This document shows, in pieces, positions 60,138 through 64,000 of a DNA stretch of 64,000 nt; the stretch's first letter is position 1; each line of letters starts with the position of its first letter. Source of the DNA: Escherichia phage FL08; sequence record PP400785. The stretch is one strand, 5' to 3'. The notes beneath the pieces are model-generated. The model saw only the letters and a program-made list of their open reading frames with translations, searched no databases and was not told the origin of the DNA. The position numbers and the translations under genes are program-made.

Positions 60138-61087
60138 CGTGATTCCTTAACAAATTTCATAATTTCATTAAATTCATACATATCAAGTTTAAGCTGATGT
60201 TCTTTTTTAATCTTTTTGCACTGGGCTTTCCAATCACGTACACGTTTACGATAGTGTCTTCCTTGATACCAGTATCCTACCCAATTTACAGGTATTAATA
60301 AAAGCGGAACTACCAATGGAAGAATTAGTGTTGCTCCAAATATTACACCAGATTCAATATCAGTCATAACGTCTATAACCATTCCAGCAATCAGCAGAAT
60401 CACAAATGATACAGCTACCACAGGACCTATTAACACATCAGTAGAAATTATCTGACGCTTTAATTCATACTTCAACGGTTTACTTGGAAGGTATAGTGAT
60501 GGTTTTGACATATTCTCTGCATTCCTTAACAAATTTTCTAATAATAAATCGCTTTCAAAATTGGGATTTTCTACGAATTTATCAAAAAGATCATCAACAA
60601 TAGTTAAGATATTCTTTTTACTAAGAATACGTTTATTTTCATGCTTCGTTTCAGAATCAACTATAAGAGTAAAGAAATATTTCTTGCCCTGAAATTTTAC
60701 AGTAGTATCAATATAAAATAAATTTGACTTTTGTAAATTACGTTTAAACCATGCATCACTTAAACTATAAACGCCAAGATAATCATAATCGTCGTTTAAA
60801 TAACAGACCGTCCATTCAGGAGAAACAAAATCAGTAAATTCAACGTCAAAATCGCATGTTAATAAATGAATTGATTCAATACTGTTAATAAGTATTCCAG
60901 GACGTATTAAAGACTTTTTACCTCTGGAAAATCTTCCAGAAAGACTTTCATCAGTTTCATATGAAGAACCCCAATAATAATTACGTCCTTCTGCCATACG
61001 TTTAAGAGCATTTAATAATTGATCTGGAACATCAACCTGTCTTTGGAACTCTTCAAACATTGAATTGAAATCACTTTGCATTTTCAT
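60119..61087 (-). CDS. membrane-anchored protein (322 aa)
   Basis: soluble N-terminal domain, two C-terminal TM helices, basic tail. Confidence 0.45.
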   Translation of the reverse strand: MKMQSDFNSMFEEFQRQVDVPDQLLNALKRMAEGRNYYWGSSYETDESLSGRFSRGKKSLIRPGILINSIESIHLLTCDFDVEFTDFVSPEWTVCYLNDDYDYLGVYSLSDAWFKRNLQKSNLFYIDTTVKFQGKKYFFTLIVDSETKHENKRILSKKNILTIVDDLFDKFVENPNFESDLLLENLLRNAENMSKPSLYLPSKPLKYELKRQIISTDVLIGPVVAVSFVILLIAGMVIDVMTDIESGVIFGATLILPLVVPLLLIPVNWVGYWYQGRHYRKRVRDWKAQCKKIKKEHQLKLDMYEFNEIMKFVKESRCKSQN

Positions 61088-61107
61088 TCCTACTTACTCC
61101 AAGTAAT

Positions 61108-61123
61108 AGGGGCCGAAGCCCCT
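61108..61123 (-). terminator. UUCG-tetraloop hairpin
   Basis: aggggccgaagcccct inverted repeat. Confidence 0.5.
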
Positions 61124-61128
61124 TATCA

Positions 61129-61722
61129 TTATTTCAGAGAATTAATATATTCCTGAACATCGGCAGAGGTAGTTTCAACCCCAGAAATATTACCATTAAA
61201 GGTTTCAACTCGAGCAAGAGTATCTTCAATATCAACCTTAGTCAGCGCTGCAATTTCAACTACATCATCAGCAGTACTAATTCCAAGTGCATTCGCTGCA
61301 CGAGTTTCACGGATATATTCCAATTTAACTGCAAGTTCTTGGCGAGCATCATCTAACTCAACTACTTTCTTAGCGATTTCAATTCGCATTTCAGCATAAC
61401 CATCAGCTTTAGTAGTCAGCTGTTCAGCTGTTCGACGATATAGCAAACCGAGTTTAGCATGCATTGTTACATCTTGACCTTCGGAAAGAAGCTTGCGAAT
61501 TTCACGCTCTTTTGATTCGGCTTGCTTATTCTTTTCGACAATAAGTTCACGAATACGCTTTTCTTCATTAATAGATTTAACGGAAGCAGTTTTTAGATCT
61601 TTAATCTTATCAAGTAGTTTTGCTGCCGCAGCAGTATACTGTTCTTCAACAGATAAATTTTTAGCCATAGCAGAACCAAGTTTAGTGCGAATAAACTCAA
61701 CAATTTTCTTCAGCATGTTCAT
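61129..61722 (-). CDS. coiled-coil protein (197 aa)
   Basis: heptad-rich alpha-helical sequence throughout. Confidence 0.45.
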   Translation of the reverse strand: MNMLKKIVEFIRTKLGSAMAKNLSVEEQYTAAAAKLLDKIKDLKTASVKSINEEKRIRELIVEKNKQAESKEREIRKLLSEGQDVTMHAKLGLLYRRTAEQLTTKADGYAEMRIEIAKKVVELDDARQELAVKLEYIRETRAANALGISTADDVVEIAALTKVDIEDTLARVETFNGNISGVETTSADVQEYINSLK

Positions 61723-61797
61723 AGCATTTCCTTTAGTTAATTAAGAGTTTTTATAATCCGTGGGAGTATTATACTCTACTCCCAAGAGTTTGTAAAC

Positions 61798-62130
61798 TTA
61801 TTCTTCGTCCAATTCATCAATAAATTTATCGATACTACTATTAATAGACTCATCGATGATTAACAAAGCATCATCATCCATAATATTAATATTTTCTAAA
61901 GCATCAATATAAGCTTGATTGACTATAGACCATGCCCTTTGAAAATATGGGGCTTCATCATCAGGACTGAACCAACGTACACCTTCAAAGATACGTTTGG
62001 CATAATCTAACACCCATTGTACAGGCATGTTTTGAGAACGTTCGTTAAACTCTTTAAAGTCCTTAGATTCAAAAAGCTCTTCAGGATAATAATTTCTATT
62101 ACAAAAAGCTTTACTAAAGTTACGTTTCAT
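61798..62130 (-). CDS. hypothetical acidic protein (110 aa)
   Basis: ORF preceded by GTTTAC early-promoter-like sequence. Confidence 0.4.
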   Translation of the reverse strand: MKRNFSKAFCNRNYYPEELFESKDFKEFNERSQNMPVQWVLDYAKRIFEGVRWFSPDDEAPYFQRAWSIVNQAYIDALENINIMDDDALLIIDESINSSIDKFIDELDEE

Positions 62131-62186
62131 AATGTTCTCCTCAAAGTTATAGGCTCATAATATCTCAATCATGAGCCTGTGTAAAC

Positions 62187-62450
62187 TTATTTCATATTAT
62201 TGAAATATTCTTCTGCGATTTCATCGTTATCATGGTAAACTTTAGAAGACAGTTTAACATAACCTTCAGCAGTGAACATGTTAATCACAACCTTTACAGT
62301 ATACCACTGACCATCTTCATTACCCATTACTGCGTAAGTTTCAAACATCGGATGATCAGGACCGATAACTTTAATATCATTCACTGTACGACCAAAATCT
62401 TCTGAAACACATTTCATAAAGAAGTTGAACAGTTCGCCGTAATTATCCAT
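62187..62450 (-). CDS. hypothetical protein (87 aa)
   Basis: start trimmed to ATG after GGAG; track start is a TTG in promoter leader. Confidence 0.4.
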   Translation of the reverse strand: MDNYGELFNFFMKCVSEDFGRTVNDIKVIGPDHPMFETYAVMGNEDGQWYTVKVVINMFTAEGYVKLSSKVYHDNDEIAEEYFNNMK

Positions 62451-62487
62451 TTCATTCTCCAAGTTGTTTTCTGTATCAGTAGTTGAT

Positions 62488-62550
62488 AGTTGTATAGTAC
62501 CATGGAAGGGTAAGGATGTAAACTGTTTTGTGAAAAAATTTTTAAAAAGT
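62488..62550 (-). promoter_or_regulatory. early promoter cassette
   Basis: aaaaattttttcacaaaacaGTTTACatcc-18nt-TACTATAC on minus strand. Confidence 0.6.
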
Positions 62551-62633
62551 TTTGGGGAATTCTAGGGCAGGGAGGGGCAATTAAAAGATAGGATAATATA
62601 TTATAAAGGGTAGAAACTAAATGATGTCTAGAG

Positions 62634-62649
62634 AGGCCCGGAAAGGCCT
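62634..62649 (-). terminator. hairpin (aggcc-cggaa-aggcct)
   Basis: inverted repeat in 3' region of IP-like gene. Confidence 0.4.
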
Positions 62650-62660
62650 AGATACCAAAA

Positions 62661-62684
62661 AGCCCCAACCTTTTGGTCGGGGCT
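62661..62684 (-). terminator. terminator hairpin, copy 1 of direct repeat flanking IP-like gene
   Basis: agccccaacc-tttt-ggtcggggct; followed by UUUUU on minus transcript; near-identical copy at 63217..63240. Confidence 0.55.
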
Positions 62685-62691
62685 AAGAATG

Positions 62692-63165
62692 TTATTTGAT
62701 TTGTTTAGCAGACCAAATGCGATCTTTAATAATTTTTTGGATGTCTTCAACATACTCTAGGTCATGAGCATGTGGATTATCTTTGAAACTATGAGCTCGC
62801 GCAAGTTTCTGGCCTTCGGTCTTAATTATCAAAAGTTCTTTAAGAATTGCTTCATACCTAGAGATAATTCCTTTAGCAATATTTTTTTCTTGTGCTGCTT
62901 TAGGGTCAGCCTTAGGAGCAGGTTTACCTGAAGCCTTTGCAAAAGCAGCTCCAGTAGCAACTAAACTTTTCCAGGCCATACTAACTGCATTTCCCGTAAA
63001 TCCTTCCGCTTTCATGTCGCGTGCGAACTGGAATCGCGATTCATCAGAAGCATCTTTATAAGAATATTTACCCGCTGCAATGGCTGCTTTTGCGACAGCT
63101 TGAATTTCGGTGCTAGATGCTTCATTTAACACCGCTTCATTTAAAAATTGAGTATATGATTTCAT
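62692..63165 (-). CDS. internal-protein-like protein with CTS-like N-terminus
   Basis: 157 aa; N-terminus MKSYTQFLNE resembles CTS; Lys/Ala-rich; late promoter TATAAATA upstream. Confidence 0.55.
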   Translation of the reverse strand: MKSYTQFLNEAVLNEASSTEIQAVAKAAIAAGKYSYKDASDESRFQFARDMKAEGFTGNAVSMAWKSLVATGAAFAKASGKPAPKADPKAAQEKNIAKGIISRYEAILKELLIIKTEGQKLARAHSFKDNPHAHDLEYVEDIQKIIKDRIWSAKQIK

Positions 63166-63201
63166 CTTATTTCCTGTTTTAATTCGTGGTTTTAATATAC
63201 T

Positions 63202-63209
63202 TATTTATA
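63202..63209 (-). promoter_or_regulatory. late promoter (TATAAATA) for IP-like gene
   Basis: minus-strand TATAAATA ~35 nt upstream of ATG, directly after terminator hairpin. Confidence 0.55.
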
Positions 63210-63216
63210 CTAAAAA

Positions 63217-63240
63217 GCCCCAACCTTTCGGTCGGGGCTA
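63217..63240 (-). terminator. terminator hairpin, copy 2 of direct repeat
   Basis: agccccaacc-tttc-ggtcggggct with U-run on minus transcript. Confidence 0.55.
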
Positions 63241-63287
63241 AGCCTTGCGGCAACCTTGTCGGGGTTCCACCTGCTAAGGCAAGTGTT

Positions 63288-63382
63288 TGTACGAAACGCC
63301 GGGATTCGAACCCGGTTATCAAGCAGTTGACGCTACTCAATATTTTTAAAAGGCCATATCTCGACCATATCCGAACGTTCCG
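63288..63382 (-). ncRNA. tRNA-like / small stable RNA candidate (unresolved)
   Basis: Minus-strand T-arm CCGGG-TTCGAAT-CCCGG and 7-nt acceptor-like 3' segment pairing with CGGAACG ~90 nt upstream; could not fold a canonical cloverleaf by hand. Confidence 0.3.
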
Positions 63383-63555
63383 TCAAAAACGCTACTCGGC
63401 TTACGGCAAAGATATTTCCTCGAATCGATAATTCGGTGCGCCGTTTCTGCTGTGATGTAAGGGGACATTAACAAAACATAAAGATTTATTAATGCCAGTC
63501 CTTAAACAGGGAACATCAGTCCGACGACTTGCCGGTAGCGACCCGGCTTCTTGTC

Positions 63556-63631
63556 TGGTCGAGGCAGTAGGGATCGAACCTACGACCCAGGACTTAGAAG
63601 GTCCTTGCTCTTCCTTCTGAGCTATGCCTCG
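63556..63631 (-). tRNA. tRNA-Arg (anticodon TCT)
   Basis: 76-nt cloverleaf on minus strand: 7-bp acceptor CGAGGCA/TGCCTCG, anticodon loop CTTCTAA, T-loop GGTTCGATCC, encoded CCA. Confidence 0.85.
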
Positions 63632-63634
63632 TAG

Positions 63635-64000
63635 TTAAAATTTCATTTTTCGACCTTTAAACCATCCTTCTGGAATTGGGTCAGTTTTCTTAATACGTTT
63701 AGAAACTTTTTCATCTAATGAATGAATCCACATCATACCAAATTGGGAATTCTTTTCACCTTTCTGGTGATTATTTTTAGCGTGAGATTCTTTCATTTTA
63801 TTAATAGTTTCAGGAGTATGGGTCTTACCCAAGAAAGATTTAGTATTTAAAAATTTCTCTCTATACTTAGGATTATCCCAAAGCTGTTTAAACCTTTCTG
63901 AACCCATTTTACGATATTTTTCTTTAAGGTCTGGGTCGTTCTCAAATCTGGTTTTAAAAGCGGCAGCTCCTTTTAAGGAAGCTTCTTTCTTTTTATCCAA
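63635..64000 (-). CDS. GIY-YIG (Seg-like) homing endonuclease, C-terminal part; segB-like by position
   Basis: Truncated by window edge; NUMOD-like repeats (GKTHTPETINKMKESH, GEKNSQFGMMWIH); stops 3 nt from tRNA-Arg. Confidence 0.5.
   Translation of the reverse strand: MDKKKEASLKGAAAFKTRFENDPDLKEKYRKMGSERFKQLWDNPKYREKFLNTKSFLGKTHTPETINKMKESHAKNNHQKGEKNSQFGMMWIHSLDEKVSKRIKKTDPIPEGWFKGRKMKF

Noticed and set aside
61129-61722. PspA/IM30-like membrane-stress protein assignment for the 197-aa coiled-coil protein
   Set aside because: Similarity is limited to generic coiled-coil character; no convincing motif match, so it is reported only as a coiled-coil protein.
63288-63382. A second canonical tRNA
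   Set aside because: T-arm and acceptor-like segments are present but no satisfactory D-arm or anticodon stem could be folded by hand; kept only as a low-confidence tRNA-like element.

Overview
This window is a contiguous ~64 kb stretch of a T4-like (T-even, Tequatrovirus-type) myophage genome, transcribed almost entirely from the minus strand. Calls rest on reading protein motifs, remembered T4 protein sequences and sizes, and T4 gene order; no database search or alignment was run. In order it covers dexA and dda, modA/modB, soc, the replication and recombination core (56, 61, 41, 40, uvsX, 42, imm, 43, regA, 62, 44, 45, rpbA, 46, 47), a-gt, 55, the anaerobic RNR cluster (nrdH, nrdG, intron-less nrdD), 49, nrdC, the hyperplastic nrdC-to-tk region, rI, tk, regB, an internal-protein gene, e (lysozyme), nudE, and the start of the tRNA region (tRNA-Arg and a partial segB-like gene). 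Accessory content includes three HNH and four GIY-YIG homing-endonuclease genes (one HNH on the plus strand), a non-T4 DxD glycosyltransferase at the bgt locus, a Pol-beta-type nucleotidyltransferase next to a P-loop ATPase, a macro-domain protein, two capsid-targeting-sequence internal-protein genes (one flanked by hairpin direct repeats), a five-member family of small acidic paralogs, repeated early promoter/leader cassettes and many UUCG-tetraloop terminator hairpins. No CRISPR array, rRNA, integrase or transposase was seen. I did not find a clearly new multi-gene system; the most promising leads are the nucleotidyltransferase/ATPase pair, the macro-domain protein and the repeat-flanked internal-protein cassette. 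Small hypothetical ORFs are supported mainly by tight operon packing, and several start codons were moved downstream of the ORF-track start.
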